A DNA stretch of 64,000 nucleotides from Butyricicoccaceae bacterium (GCA_052289195.1 DAWAJD010000005.1:12537-76536), one strand, 5' to 3'; positions 13,727 through 23,752 are shown, numbered from the stretch's first letter. The notes: generated by a model from the letters alone, not told the origin. Program-made: numbers and translations.

Positions 13727-16700
13727 TCACGCTTTCGGGGCAGTGCGAACGCTGGAGATCTCTCCGTTGACATACTGCATGACCCGCAGCACATCCGCAA
13801 TATCAATCATGCCATTTCCATTGATATCCCCCCGCGCAGTCTGTTCTGCTGTGGGCGTATCCAGACTCACGGCGATCCGCAGCATCTGCAGCGCATCCTT
13901 GAGGGTGATCAGTCCGTCGCCGTCCAGATCGCCCAGAGAATCCACATCCGCGCCCTGCTGCACGGTGATGACATAGGGCCGGGTCTCATCCCGCCCGCCG
14001 GCATAGGTCGTGCTGACGCCGTCGGTCGCCGCGATATAATATTCCAGCCCCGCCAGAGTGACGGCATCTGCCGGGAGATAGGCAAAATACTTGTCGTTGC
14101 TGGAGGCCATCTCTAGCGTGTTCCAGCTCGCTGCCCCAACGGTGCGGTAATGCAGCGTCACGCCGGTGACGGCCACATTGTCGGTGACCAGGGCGCTGAT
14201 CTCCAGCTTTTTGCCGGTGACGGCAGAGAAGACCGGCGTATGCACCACCTGGGGCGCTTCCACATCCTTCGCCACTACGCTCACCCGGCCGGAGGGCTGA
14301 GACTCCGCCGCGCCCACATCGGTGGGGACCACGGTGAAGCTGTAGTAATACCGTTTCCCGCCTTCCACATCCGAATCGACGAAGGCGCCCAGGGTGCGGC
14401 CCTCGGCCGTGGGATCCTCCTCCGGAAGGATGACGGAGCTGTTCAGTTTGCGGGTCTCGCCGTTTTCGCTGTCGGCCCGATAAACATTGTAGCCGGCCAG
14501 CGTGCCGTAATCGTCCTGGGTCCAGGTCAGATGGACGCCGTCGGCCTCCGCAGCACCCTGCATGATCATCGCTTGGGCGGAACTGGTGTCGATCCGGAAG
14601 GAGAAGCGGCCCCAATCCTGATAGAGCTTGAGGTGGCTGCCGTCCTCCGCCGCGGCCGAGCGGCCGTTTCCGATGGACCAGAACTGATAGCCGTTTTCGA
14701 TGATGGTGCGCAGAGTGGTGGTCCCCTGCCAGGTGCGGGCATCGGTGTAGGCTCCCGGGACCTCATAGTCGGCATAGGGATAGGCGCTGCCGAAGCGCAC
14801 CTCCAGCGGGATGTCCGTGTCCATATCCCGGTTGAAGCGGACGGTGAAAGTCACCTCCTCGTTGGCGACCACTGAGACAGGTTTGCCGCTTTTGTCCGTC
14901 AGACTGACGCCGGCCACGCAGGGCCAGACATCCTCGGGAATGGTCTCCAAAATCGTCCCCTCGTTGATGCGCGCCAGCGTTTTGAAATCGCGGTTGTCGA
15001 TGATCTGCTTGTCGATCGCCGCTTTTTTGGCGCTTTCGCTCATGCCGTCTGTGCCCCAATAGTTGCCGCCGAGGCCGATGACGGTATCGGAGTTCCCGTC
15101 CGGAGCCTGGATGCGCAGCCATTTTTCCACATCGGTCTCGGTAAAGCGGTTGAGGATGGCATTGTGCCAGAAGGTGGTGTTATAGCCCTGGGCGCAGAAA
15201 TCATCCCAGCGGGCCAGGATCTTTTCCGCGGTCCAGGTGCGCGCGGCCACGGCATCGTCATCGGTGACAGCGCCGGAGGGCAGCGTGCTCTGGGTCTGCA
15301 GCAGCAGGGACTGCGCCGTATAGGTCAGCGGCAGCTCCTCCTGCGCCGAGAAGGTGAAGGTGACGGTGATCGCGCCGTTTCCGTCGCCAAACTTGGTCAC
15401 CAGGGCGTTTTGGGGGATCGTCAGGGTATATTCCACCCCTTCTTCAAAGCCCAGGGCGGCGGTGACGGTCAGCTTGTCCAGCCGGAGCTCCGCCTTCCCC
15501 AGGGAAACGCTGTTCCCGTCCCCATCCCGGAGAGTGATGGACCGGAAATTGCTCCCCCGGATCAGATATTCGTTGAAATCCAGCACCAGCTCCTGTTCAG
15601 TCAGCACATCGCCTGCGCCCGTGTTGGTGCCCGTCAGGGCAAAGGGCTCTTCGTTGGGCTGCAGACCCAGCAGCACCCGCACGGGGGTGTAGCGGTCCTC
15701 GGTGGAGAGGTCGGCCAGCTGGCGCTGATTATTCCGACCCATGCCGTAGAGTTTCCCGTCCGCGGTCTGGATAAAGGTGTTGTCATCAAACATGAAGATG
15801 GATTCCGCATTTTCGATGCCCGGGAGGGCGGTGTATTCCGAAACGGAATCGACATCAGCTCCCAGACCCAAGGCACCATAGTTGTTTCTGCCCTTGCCGT
15901 AGACGATGCCATCTTCCAAGTAGAAGCTCCGGTAATCGTTCACCAACTCATGCTCCGCTGTCTTTGCCACAGTTTTCCGACAACTGGTCCTGTTGTAAAC
16001 TGCATAAGAATCCTCGAATTCGACGGTATAATTGCTGGAATCATGATTTTTTTCAAGTCCCACTGCGTCGCTGCAGACCAGCATTGGGTCGGTATCATAG
16101 TCGGCATAATAGACCTCGCCCGACTGGGTGAGCATGGCCACACCCTCATAGCTGGAAACAATCTTCGTCACTTGGGAAACACCGAGAATTTGTCGAGGCG
16201 CGTTCATGTATCTCCATGTCCAAACGCTCCCATCGGCCTTTAGTGCACAATTGTAATCATTATAGTACCCAACAACTTCCGCGACATCCGTCAAAAAAGC
16301 TGTTTGCTTAACTGCGCCCTGACTAGAATAACAATCCAACGCCCCGTCCGAGTGGAGGACAAAAAGATCATTCCACACTGCCACACCCCTCGCATCTTCA
16401 ACGGGCAGCTGCTCCGGAACGATCAATTTGTCACCCCAGCGCCACAGACTCCCGTCATCTAAAATGCAATAATAATTAGAATGGTTTTTGAATATATCCA
16501 CCACCCGAGACCTGGATTCCCCTTCCGTGACGCAGACGGTGATTTCCGCATATAGATCCGTCCCGTGGGCCGTGGCGCGGAGGGTGGCGCTGCCGGTTTT
16601 TTCCTTGATCAGTGTGCCGGTCTCATCCACATAGCAGATCTCCGGGTTGGAGGATTCCCAGATCACCGTCTGGTCGGTGGCGTTGGCCGGTTCAATGACC

Positions 16701-19700
16701 AGGCCCAGGTCATCCTCTTCCGCGCCCAGGGCCGTAAAATAGATGTTTTCCGCAAAGCGGATATCCGTGACCGGGCACACGACCTCCACCTCCACCTGGG
16801 CGAAGACCTCCGGCGCCGTTTCCGATGCCACTGTCACGGTGGCGGCACCGGGGGCCACGGCGGTGAGCATCCCGCGGGAGTCCACGGTCACCACATCCTC
16901 GTCATCGGAAGAGAAGGAGATGCCGGTCCGGGTGGTGTTTGCCGGCTCCAGCCGGCAGGTCAGTTTCTGCCGGGTCCCAACATTCATCCGGAGCGCGGTT
17001 TGGGTCGGGACGATGGCCGTGATGTCCACCAGGTCCACCACATGGACGGTGACGTCCCGCCAAACCGACCCGTCGGGAGAGGAGATGCGGATAACAGCGT
17101 CTCCCTGGGCCAGAGGCTGAATCCGCCCCTCGGCGCTGACCTGGGCGATCTCCGGGTTGAGGGATTCATAGCACAGCTGCAGCGCGTTGGCCGTCTCGCT
17201 GGGCTGGACCGTGGGCTGCAGCCCATAGGTCATCCCGGTGTCCAGGGTCAGCTCGTCCTGCTCCACCAAAATATCTGTGATCTCGGCGCAGGGAAGAATA
17301 ATATCATAATAAAAATTATCAATCAGCGCAAGCGCACCGCCCAACGATTCGGCGAATCGGCGCAGAACAGGTTCGGACACCCCATAAACACGAACCCTGG
17401 TGGTCCCGGTGTCCGGGTCATAGCGGACCTGCTGCACTGAAAGATAGGAGTTTCCGCTGCTTGCCTTGTAGCTGCTAGTGACGGTATCTCCACTCTTGTC
17501 CCGGTTGTTGTTGCCGTAGAAAACGCAGTCTTCATAGCGGCCCGCAAATTGGATTCCACAATCTACGAAGATACAGCTTTCGTAGTTGCCGTAGCTGCGG
17601 TCGGAAAAATAAGTGTCCCCTAACTTATAGAATGCGCAGCATTCTGCCGTTGTGATGCGAAAAGTCAGAGAGCCATAACTTGTGCGCACCGTTCCGCCGT
17701 CCAGATAGCGATAATAGACTTGCCGATCATTATAATTCCTGCGAAATTCGCATCCGTAAGCCGCGGAGATGCTGCGATAAGTACTATACGGATTGTCGTT
17801 GCTGGAAAAATACCCGTTCACCACATCCGTATAGCGCAGGCTGACATAGCCTTTACCGGATTCATAGATCTCTACGCGGTAGTTGCTCATGAGTTCGCTG
17901 GGGAAGAGACGCACATGGTCCTCCTCCGTGCCCTCACACAGGAGCGTGCCGCGGACATTGAGGTAGGTGATGGCCGTATCGGCATAGGCGTCGTGGGGAT
18001 CGTCGGACCAGAACTGGATCTGGGTCCCGGCCTCCACCGTCACGGTGACGCCGGGCTTGATCTCCGTGGCGTTGGGGATGATGTAATAATTTTCCCGGGT
18101 GAGGGTCATGTCGTGGTCGATGACATCCGGCAGGATGACGCCCCGGCGCACATCCAGCGTGATGGCGCTAAAGCTGGTGTAATCGGCGTCGTCCTTTTCA
18201 TTCAGCCCATTTTTCGCCGAGATGCGGACATTGACCTTGAGGATGTAATCATTGGGGCAGTCCTTGGTCACCCGCATCAGGAAGGGGTGCTCCCAATCCA
18301 GAATGAACTCGCCATCCTGGATTTTGCCGCAGTCCTGGGTGGAATAGGTCCCCACGCTGCCATAATTCATGACGGCGCTTTCGCCCCAGGTCTCACCATC
18401 GGCAGAAAACTGCACATAATTGCAGGGGAGACCGGCCTCGCTGTAGGTGTCCACCGTCACCATGGTGTCCCGGCTCATGCCCCAGCGGTTGCGCAGGGTG
18501 AAGCCCAGGGCGACGGTCTCTCCCGCGTCGATAACGCCATCGCCGTTGTTGGCCTCGCTGTATTTGGACAGGTCAAAGACCATGTAGTCCGAAAGACTGA
18601 TCTCCGGCTGGGGGAGCCTGGTGAAGGCCTCGTAGAGATTGACGATGGCCGGGAGGTTGTGCGAGCCGTGTCCGGACGGCGTCGGGTCATAGCACTGAGC
18701 GTGCTTTTCCGAAGTGGCGGCCAGCTGCCCATAGATAAATTTGGTGGGATATTTCCCCGGGTCGCTGTAATACCCTCGCAGCAGCGCCGCCATGCCGGAG
18801 ACCAGAGGCGCGGCCATGGAGGTCCCGCTCCAGGTGGCATAGCGGTCGCCGGGGATGGTGGAAACGATGTTTTCACCGGGGGCATAGAGCTCATATTCCA
18901 CATTGTTGTAGGCGATGCTGTCGTAGTTCGTGAAACTGGACTCCACGCCGCTGCGGTCCACGCTCATGACGCCCAGAACATAGGGCAGCGCGGCGGGATA
19001 ACTGGGTACCGCTCCGTTGGGCAGCCCATCATTCCCCGCGCTGGCCACCAGGACGCAGCGGGTATAGGCCTTTTCCAGCGCGTCCTGCACCGCGATGGAA
19101 CAGGCCGAGCCGCCAAAGGACATGTTGATCACATCCGCGCCATTGTTATAGGCATAGAGGATCGCCTTTGCGATGGCGTCCTGGTGGAAATATCCGCTGG
19201 ACATGCCGGCCTTGACAGACATGATCCTGGTGTTGAAAGCCACGCCGATGATGCCCTTAAAATTGTTGTCCGCGGCGATGACGCCGGCCACATGGGTGCC
19301 GTGACCGTGGTCGTCGCTGCCGCTGCCGCGGCCCGCCACGATGTCCACACCATAGACATCGTCAACATAGCCGTTGCCGTCGTCATCGATGCCGTTCCCG
19401 GGGATCTCCTTTTCATTGACCCACATATTGTCCCGCAGGTCCTCGTGGGTATCATCCACACCGGTGTCGATGACGGCCACCACCACATCGGATTTGCCGC
19501 CGGGGTTTTCTCCGTGAGCCAGCAGCCAGGCCCAAGACTGCTGCACCCCGCAGTTCAGCAGGTTCCATTGGCTTTCGATCCTGGGGTTCTGAAAGAGCTT
19601 GAACTGCTCGTTGACAGCAGAATCCAGTTGGGTCTCTTCATACTGCCCCTCGGTCTGGTAGATGTAATTGTACTCCGCCGTCACCATCTGGTCCAGTTGG

Positions 19701-20050
19701 CGCAGCGCTTCCAGCGCCTGGGGCGGCAGCACGCCGCTTTCCAGGTGCGCGGTGAACCAGCGGCCTTCGTCGGTGTCAAACAGATGCTCCAGCCGAGCCA
19801 CGCCGCACTGGGCCAGCGCGGGCGTGACTGCGTCTCCGCTGTCCGGCGACAGCTTGACCAGAACATTGTCCGACGCATAGGGGAACTCTTCCGGATCAAA
19901 GCTGTCTTCCTGAGCCAGGTCAAATGGCTCAGTCAGAACATTTTTTGCGGTCTGCGCGGGTTCTGCATTTTCGGCGTGACCGGCGAAAATCGGCGTTGCC
20001 AGGGAAAAAAGCAGAGTGACGGTTAAAAGCAAAGAGATTGCTTTTTTCAT
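13727..20050 (-). CDS. Giant secreted S8 (subtilisin-family) serine peptidase with a C-terminal dockerin
   Basis: 2107 aa with a signal peptide and an I9-like propeptide. The catalytic motifs are VVAVIDTGVD (Asp195), HGHGTHVAG (His250), SAGN (Asn340) and GTSMAAPLVSG (Ser411). These are followed by beta-helix-like, three Big_2-like, RCC1-like, SbsA-Ig-like and Fn3-like segments. The C-terminus carries two Ca-binding dockerin repeats, DLDGDGLITLKD and DINGNGMIDIAD (nt about 13745-13930). Confidence 0.9.
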   Translation of the reverse strand: MKKAISLLLTVTLLFSLATPIFAGHAENAEPAQTAKNVLTEPFDLAQEDSFDPEEFPYASDNVLVKLSPDSGDAVTPALAQCGVARLEHLFDTDEGRWFTAHLESGVLPPQALEALRQLDQMVTAEYNYIYQTEGQYEETQLDSAVNEQFKLFQNPRIESQWNLLNCGVQQSWAWLLAHGENPGGKSDVVVAVIDTGVDDTHEDLRDNMWVNEKEIPGNGIDDDGNGYVDDVYGVDIVAGRGSGSDDHGHGTHVAGVIAADNNFKGIIGVAFNTRIMSVKAGMSSGYFHQDAIAKAILYAYNNGADVINMSFGGSACSIAVQDALEKAYTRCVLVASAGNDGLPNGAVPSYPAALPYVLGVMSVDRSGVESSFTNYDSIAYNNVEYELYAPGENIVSTIPGDRYATWSGTSMAAPLVSGMAALLRGYYSDPGKYPTKFIYGQLAATSEKHAQCYDPTPSGHGSHNLPAIVNLYEAFTRLPQPEISLSDYMVFDLSKYSEANNGDGVIDAGETVALGFTLRNRWGMSRDTMVTVDTYSEAGLPCNYVQFSADGETWGESAVMNYGSVGTYSTQDCGKIQDGEFILDWEHPFLMRVTKDCPNDYILKVNVRISAKNGLNEKDDADYTSFSAITLDVRRGVILPDVIDHDMTLTRENYYIIPNATEIKPGVTVTVEAGTQIQFWSDDPHDAYADTAITYLNVRGTLLCEGTEEDHVRLFPSELMSNYRVEIYESGKGYVSLRYTDVVNGYFSSNDNPYSTYRSISAAYGCEFRRNYNDRQVYYRYLDGGTVRTSYGSLTFRITTAECCAFYKLGDTYFSDRSYGNYESCIFVDCGIQFAGRYEDCVFYGNNNRDKSGDTVTSSYKASSGNSYLSVQQVRYDPDTGTTRVRVYGVSEPVLRRFAESLGGALALIDNFYYDIILPCAEITDILVEQDELTLDTGMTYGLQPTVQPSETANALQLCYESLNPEIAQVSAEGRIQPLAQGDAVIRISSPDGSVWRDVTVHVVDLVDITAIVPTQTALRMNVGTRQKLTCRLEPANTTRTGISFSSDDEDVVTVDSRGMLTAVAPGAATVTVASETAPEVFAQVEVEVVCPVTDIRFAENIYFTALGAEEDDLGLVIEPANATDQTVIWESSNPEICYVDETGTLIKEKTGSATLRATAHGTDLYAEITVCVTEGESRSRVVDIFKNHSNYYCILDDGSLWRWGDKLIVPEQLPVEDARGVAVWNDLFVLHSDGALDCYSSQGAVKQTAFLTDVAEVVGYYNDYNCALKADGSVWTWRYMNAPRQILGVSQVTKIVSSYEGVAMLTQSGEVYYADYDTDPMLVCSDAVGLEKNHDSSNYTVEFEDSYAVYNRTSCRKTVAKTAEHELVNDYRSFYLEDGIVYGKGRNNYGALGLGADVDSVSEYTALPGIENAESIFMFDDNTFIQTADGKLYGMGRNNQRQLADLSTEDRYTPVRVLLGLQPNEEPFALTGTNTGAGDVLTEQELVLDFNEYLIRGSNFRSITLRDGDGNSVSLGKAELRLDKLTVTAALGFEEGVEYTLTIPQNALVTKFGDGNGAITVTFTFSAQEELPLTYTAQSLLLQTQSTLPSGAVTDDDAVAARTWTAEKILARWDDFCAQGYNTTFWHNAILNRFTETDVEKWLRIQAPDGNSDTVIGLGGNYWGTDGMSESAKKAAIDKQIIDNRDFKTLARINEGTILETIPEDVWPCVAGVSLTDKSGKPVSVVANEEVTFTVRFNRDMDTDIPLEVRFGSAYPYADYEVPGAYTDARTWQGTTTLRTIIENGYQFWSIGNGRSAAAEDGSHLKLYQDWGRFSFRIDTSSAQAMIMQGAAEADGVHLTWTQDDYGTLAGYNVYRADSENGETRKLNSSVILPEEDPTAEGRTLGAFVDSDVEGGKRYYYSFTVVPTDVGAAESQPSGRVSVVAKDVEAPQVVHTPVFSAVTGKKLEISALVTDNVAVTGVTLHYRTVGAASWNTLEMASSNDKYFAYLPADAVTLAGLEYYIAATDGVSTTYAGGRDETRPYVITVQQGADVDSLGDLDGDGLITLKDALQMLRIAVSLDTPTAEQTARGDINGNGMIDIADVLRVMQYVNGEISSVRTAPKA

Positions 20051-20263
20051 GGTGACCCCTCCTCATCCTTATAAGCTACCTTAAACATACACTTATTTTT
20101 GAAAAAAACAATATGCTGGCTGCATAGTGTTTTGAAAAAGCTGCAGGGCCGCTGTCATAGAAACTTTAGAAATTCTTTTGCTGCAGCACCTTTTCATTCC
20201 CGTTTTGTCCGTGTATAATGGAAATAACTATAAACAGAAAAACTGATACAGGGGGATTGGAAT

Positions 20264-20572
20264 ATGCTGAACCGCGTGATCGTGAACATCGACGATTTTG
20301 ATTATACCGTGGTCTCGGAGGATCCTGAGGAATATATTCGCAAAAATGCCGCACTGGTGGACCAGACCATCCGGGAGATCAAGGCCTCCACGCCTTTCTC
20401 CGCCATGACCTCCGCCGTGCTGGCTGCCATGAACCTTTCGGACAAGTATTACAAGGCCCAGGACTCCGCTGACGGGCTGCGGGTGCAGATCAAGGACTAT
20501 GCGGAGGAATGCGCCCGGCTGCGGGCGGAGGTGGCACGGCTGAACAAAGAGCTCAAGGAAGCCAAGCGCTGA
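20264..20572 (+). CDS. zapA: Cell division protein ZapA
   Basis: 102 aa. The N-terminus VIVNIDDFDYTVVSEDPEEYIRKNAALVDQTIREIK is followed by a coiled-coil tail. It has the typical position upstream of the U32 peptidase gene. Confidence 0.8.
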   Translation: MLNRVIVNIDDFDYTVVSEDPEEYIRKNAALVDQTIREIKASTPFSAMTSAVLAAMNLSDKYYKAQDSADGLRVQIKDYAEECARLRAEVARLNKELKEAKR

Positions 20573-20585
20573 GAGGAGACCGCTC

Positions 20586-22676
20586 ATGCCTATGGAACTG
20601 ATGAGCCCTGCCGGCTCGCTGGAGGGCGTGATCGCCGCCGTCCGCGGAGGAGCAGACGCCGTTTATTTTGGAACAGGCGACTTCAACGCCCGCCGCAACG
20701 CCAAAAATCTGGAGGGCGACGATCTGGCGGAGGCCCTGCGGTATTGCCGCCTGCGGGGCGTGCGAACCTATGTCACCGTCAACACGCTGGTCACGGACCG
20801 GGAGCTTTCCCGGGCAAGGGAGCTGATCCTGCAGCTGAACCGGCTGGGAGCCGATGCTCTGATCGTGCAGGATCTGGGTATGGCCCGGATGATCCGTGCA
20901 TTGGCACCGGACCTGCCCATCCATGCCTCTACCCAGATGACCATCCACAATATCGGCGGCGTTTTGCAGGCACACAGGCTGGGCTTTTCCCGGGTGGTGC
21001 TTTCCCGGGAGCTGCCGCTGGAGGAGATTGCCTTTATTTGTAAAAACAGCCCGGTGGAGATCGAGGTCTTCGTCCATGGGGCGCTTTGTATGTGCTATTC
21101 CGGTCAATGCTATCTTTCCGCAGCTATCGGCGGAAGGTCAGGCAACCGGGGCCTGTGCGCCCAGCCCTGCCGGATGTCCTACAGCCTTCCCGGCGAGGGC
21201 ATGGAGCATCCGCTGAGTCTGAAGGATCTTTCGCTGGCGGAGCATCTTTCCCAGCTGGAGCAGGCCGGCGTCCACACTTTGAAGATCGAGGGCCGCATGA
21301 AGCGGCCGGAATATACCGCGCTGGTCACCAGCATTTATAAAAGGGCACTGACGGAGCGCCGCGCGCCCACGGCGGAGGAGCTTTCCCGGCTGCAGGCGGT
21401 TTTTTCCCGGGAGGGCTTTACGGACGGCTATTTTACCGGGCACAAGGGCCCGGAGATGTTCGGCACCCGGCAAGAGGAAAACGGCCGGGAGACCCGGGAG
21501 CTTTATAAGCAGGCGCAGACCATCTATCAATCCCAGCCGGAGCCGCCCACGGTCCCGGTGGAGCTGCGGTTTTCCGCCCATGCGGAGCAGCCCATGGTTC
21601 TTCTGGCGGAGGATCGGGACGGACACCGGTATGAGACGGTGGGTATTCCTGCGGAGCCTGCCCTGCGGCGGGCCACCACGGAGGAGGAGGTGCGCTCCGC
21701 TCTGAGCAAGACCGGCGGGACTGTTTTTTTCCCCGAAACGGTGGATGTCGACCTGGAGGAGGGCCTGCGGGCCTCTGCCGCCGCCATCAACGCCATGCGC
21801 CGGCAATGTCTGGAGGGCCTTGCCCTGCAGCGGAAAAAGCCGCCCCAGCGCCGGCAGGGTCCGTGGCAGCCCGGCGTCCAGCGGCTGCAGCGGCAGCAGC
21901 CCCCGGGCTATATTTTCTCCTTCCTTTCCGTGGACCAGCTCACCTCCCCCATCCTGCGGGCCGGGGCGGAGATGCTCTGGCTGCCCCTGCGGGAGCTGGC
22001 GGAAAACGCCCAGCTGGTCCGTGCGCTGACGGAGCAGGGCCTGCGCTTTGCCGCCGTGCCGGACCGGATCATTTTTGACGGACAGTGGGCGGAGACGCTG
22101 GCGCAGCTGCGGCAGGTCCGGGCGGCGGGCGTTTCCGATCTGGTGTGCAGCAATCTGGGGCAGATCCCCATCGTGCACCGGCTGAACATGGCGCTGCACG
22201 GGGATTTTGGCCTGAACATCATGAACTCCCAGTCTGTGCGGGAGCTTTCCCGGCTGGGGCTTTCCTCCTGCACGCTTTCCTTTGAAATGAATCTGGCCCA
22301 GATCCGGGATATGAGCCTGGGCATGGACTGCCAGCTGCTGGCCTATGGCCGCCTGCCCCTGATGATCACGGAAAACACCATCCTCCCGCCGGACCGGCAG
22401 GGCAAGCCCGGCAAGGCGGCGCTGATGGACAAGACAGGCCGCGCCTTCCCGATCCTGCCGGAGAGCCACGGACGCGCCACGCTTTACAACGCGGAGACCC
22501 TCTGGCTGGCGGACAAGAAGGAGGAGCTATCCGGGCTGGGCCTGCGGTGGCTGCGGCTGAGCTTCACCACCGAGACGCCCCGGGAGATCGAGGCGGTCAT
22601 CCGGGCGTATCAGACCGGCGACGGGCCCATGCCTGCCCGGGCCACAAGAGGACTTTATTACCGAGGTGTATTATGA
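20586..22676 (+). CDS. U32-family peptidase (long form with C-terminal extension)
   Basis: 696 aa. It begins MELMSPAGS...AVYFG and carries the U32 signature region EIEVFVHGALCMCYSGQCYLS...GRSGNRGLCAQPCR. Confidence 0.9.
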   Translation: MPMELMSPAGSLEGVIAAVRGGADAVYFGTGDFNARRNAKNLEGDDLAEALRYCRLRGVRTYVTVNTLVTDRELSRARELILQLNRLGADALIVQDLGMARMIRALAPDLPIHASTQMTIHNIGGVLQAHRLGFSRVVLSRELPLEEIAFICKNSPVEIEVFVHGALCMCYSGQCYLSAAIGGRSGNRGLCAQPCRMSYSLPGEGMEHPLSLKDLSLAEHLSQLEQAGVHTLKIEGRMKRPEYTALVTSIYKRALTERRAPTAEELSRLQAVFSREGFTDGYFTGHKGPEMFGTRQEENGRETRELYKQAQTIYQSQPEPPTVPVELRFSAHAEQPMVLLAEDRDGHRYETVGIPAEPALRRATTEEEVRSALSKTGGTVFFPETVDVDLEEGLRASAAAINAMRRQCLEGLALQRKKPPQRRQGPWQPGVQRLQRQQPPGYIFSFLSVDQLTSPILRAGAEMLWLPLRELAENAQLVRALTEQGLRFAAVPDRIIFDGQWAETLAQLRQVRAAGVSDLVCSNLGQIPIVHRLNMALHGDFGLNIMNSQSVRELSRLGLSSCTLSFEMNLAQIRDMSLGMDCQLLAYGRLPLMITENTILPPDRQGKPGKAALMDKTGRAFPILPESHGRATLYNAETLWLADKKEELSGLGLRWLRLSFTTETPREIEAVIRAYQTGDGPMPARATRGLYYRGVL

Positions 22677-23146
22677 TACCGGAATGTTTGGAAGCGCTGG
22701 CGCTGCCGGTCTGCCGGCTGGAGCGCTGCGGAAAAAAGCCTTCCCTGCCTGCCCGGCAGACGGAGGACGCTGCCGGCGTGGATCTGGCGGCCTTTCTGCC
22801 GGAGGGTGAGCTTGTGATCCCCGCCGGAGGACGGGCACTGGTCCCCACGGGACTGACCATGGCCGTTCCCCGGGGATGGGGCGGCTTTGTGCTGGCCCGG
22901 TCCAGCATGGGCGTCAAATACGGCGTCAATCTTTCCAACGGCGTGGGCCTCATCGACCCGGACTACCGGGGCGAGGTCAAGGTGGCCCTGATCAATCATT
23001 CCGATGCGGCCTTCACCGTGCGCGACGGCGACCGCATCGCCCAGCTGGTGCTGCTGCCGGCGCCCTGCGTGTCGCTTGTGGAAAAAGACGCGCTGGAGGA
23101 GACCGCCCGGGGGACCGGCGGCTTCGGCAGCACCGGCCGCCGCTGA
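22673..23146 (+). CDS. dut: dUTP diphosphatase
   Basis: The ATG at 22673 overlaps the U32 stop (ATGA). Motifs are AAGVDL, GLIDPDYRGEV and RIAQLVL, with a C-terminal GGFGSTG. Confidence 0.88.
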   Translation: MIPECLEALALPVCRLERCGKKPSLPARQTEDAAGVDLAAFLPEGELVIPAGGRALVPTGLTMAVPRGWGGFVLARSSMGVKYGVNLSNGVGLIDPDYRGEVKVALINHSDAAFTVRDGDRIAQLVLLPAPCVSLVEKDALEETARGTGGFGSTGRR

Positions 23147-23167
23147 CCGCGGCAGAAAGGGGAGCCT

Positions 23168-23752
23168 ATGCTCATTCTCGCTTCTCAGTCGCCCCGGCGC
23201 AGGGCGCTGCTTTCTCAGATCACCGATGATTTTGTCGTCCGGCCCACCGGCTGCGACGAGACGCTCTGCTGCGCCGATCCGGCGGAGCATGTGCGCCTTT
23301 TGGCCTGCCGCAAGGCGGAGGCGGCCCTGCACGAGCAGGCCCCCGGCCCGGCAGACGCCATCGTGGCGGCGGATACGGTGGTCTATCTGGACGGGGATAT
23401 TCTGGAAAAGCCCGTCTCCGCCGAAGATGCCGCCGCCATGCTGCGCCGGCTCTCCGGGCGGGAAAATACCGTCTGCACCGGCGTGGCCGTGGTCTATCAG
23501 GGCCGGCTGCATTCCTTCACCTGTAAAACGGAGGTCCGCTTTTATGACCTGACGGAGACGGAGATCGCCGAATATGTGGCCTCCGGCGAGCCCATGGACA
23601 AGGCCGGCGCCTACGCCATTCAGGGCAGGGGCGCGCTGCTGGTGCGGGAGATCCGGGGAGATTATTGCAATGTGGTGGGTCTGCCCGTGGCGCCGCTGTT
23701 CCGGCTGCTGCGGGAGCTGGGCGTGCCGCTGAAGGAGGGGGGCCGGGCATGA
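23168..23752 (+). CDS. maf: Maf-family nucleoside triphosphate pyrophosphatase
   Basis: 194 aa. LILASQSPRR..LL, DTVV and AGAYAIQG are typical of Maf. Confidence 0.88.
   Translation: MLILASQSPRRRALLSQITDDFVVRPTGCDETLCCADPAEHVRLLACRKAEAALHEQAPGPADAIVAADTVVYLDGDILEKPVSAEDAAAMLRRLSGRENTVCTGVAVVYQGRLHSFTCKTEVRFYDLTETEIAEYVASGEPMDKAGAYAIQGRGALLVREIRGDYCNVVGLPVAPLFRLLRELGVPLKEGGRA

Noticed and set aside
17720-20026. 768-aa plus-strand ORF antisense to the S8 protease gene
   Set aside because: The composition is dominated by Gly/Val/Ala/Asp/His/Ile repeats mirroring the protease codons. It has no motifs and no RBS. The opposite strand carries an unambiguous subtilase catalytic triad.
6870-20263. 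Direct repeat of the tRNA-Thr 3' end that would define attR of the island
   Set aside because: I scanned 10.6-11.7 kb and 20.05-20.26 kb by eye for CACGTTTCCAGCTCCA-like sequence. I found only a trivial 7-nt match (TTTCCAG at ~11505). The right boundary therefore remains undefined, and a computational repeat search is needed.
20051-20263. Invertible or phase-variable promoter upstream of the protease operon
   Set aside because: I found only a 7-bp inverted repeat (GCTGCAG/CTGCAGC, 34 bp apart) and short direct TTTTGAAAAA repeats. That is too weak to call.
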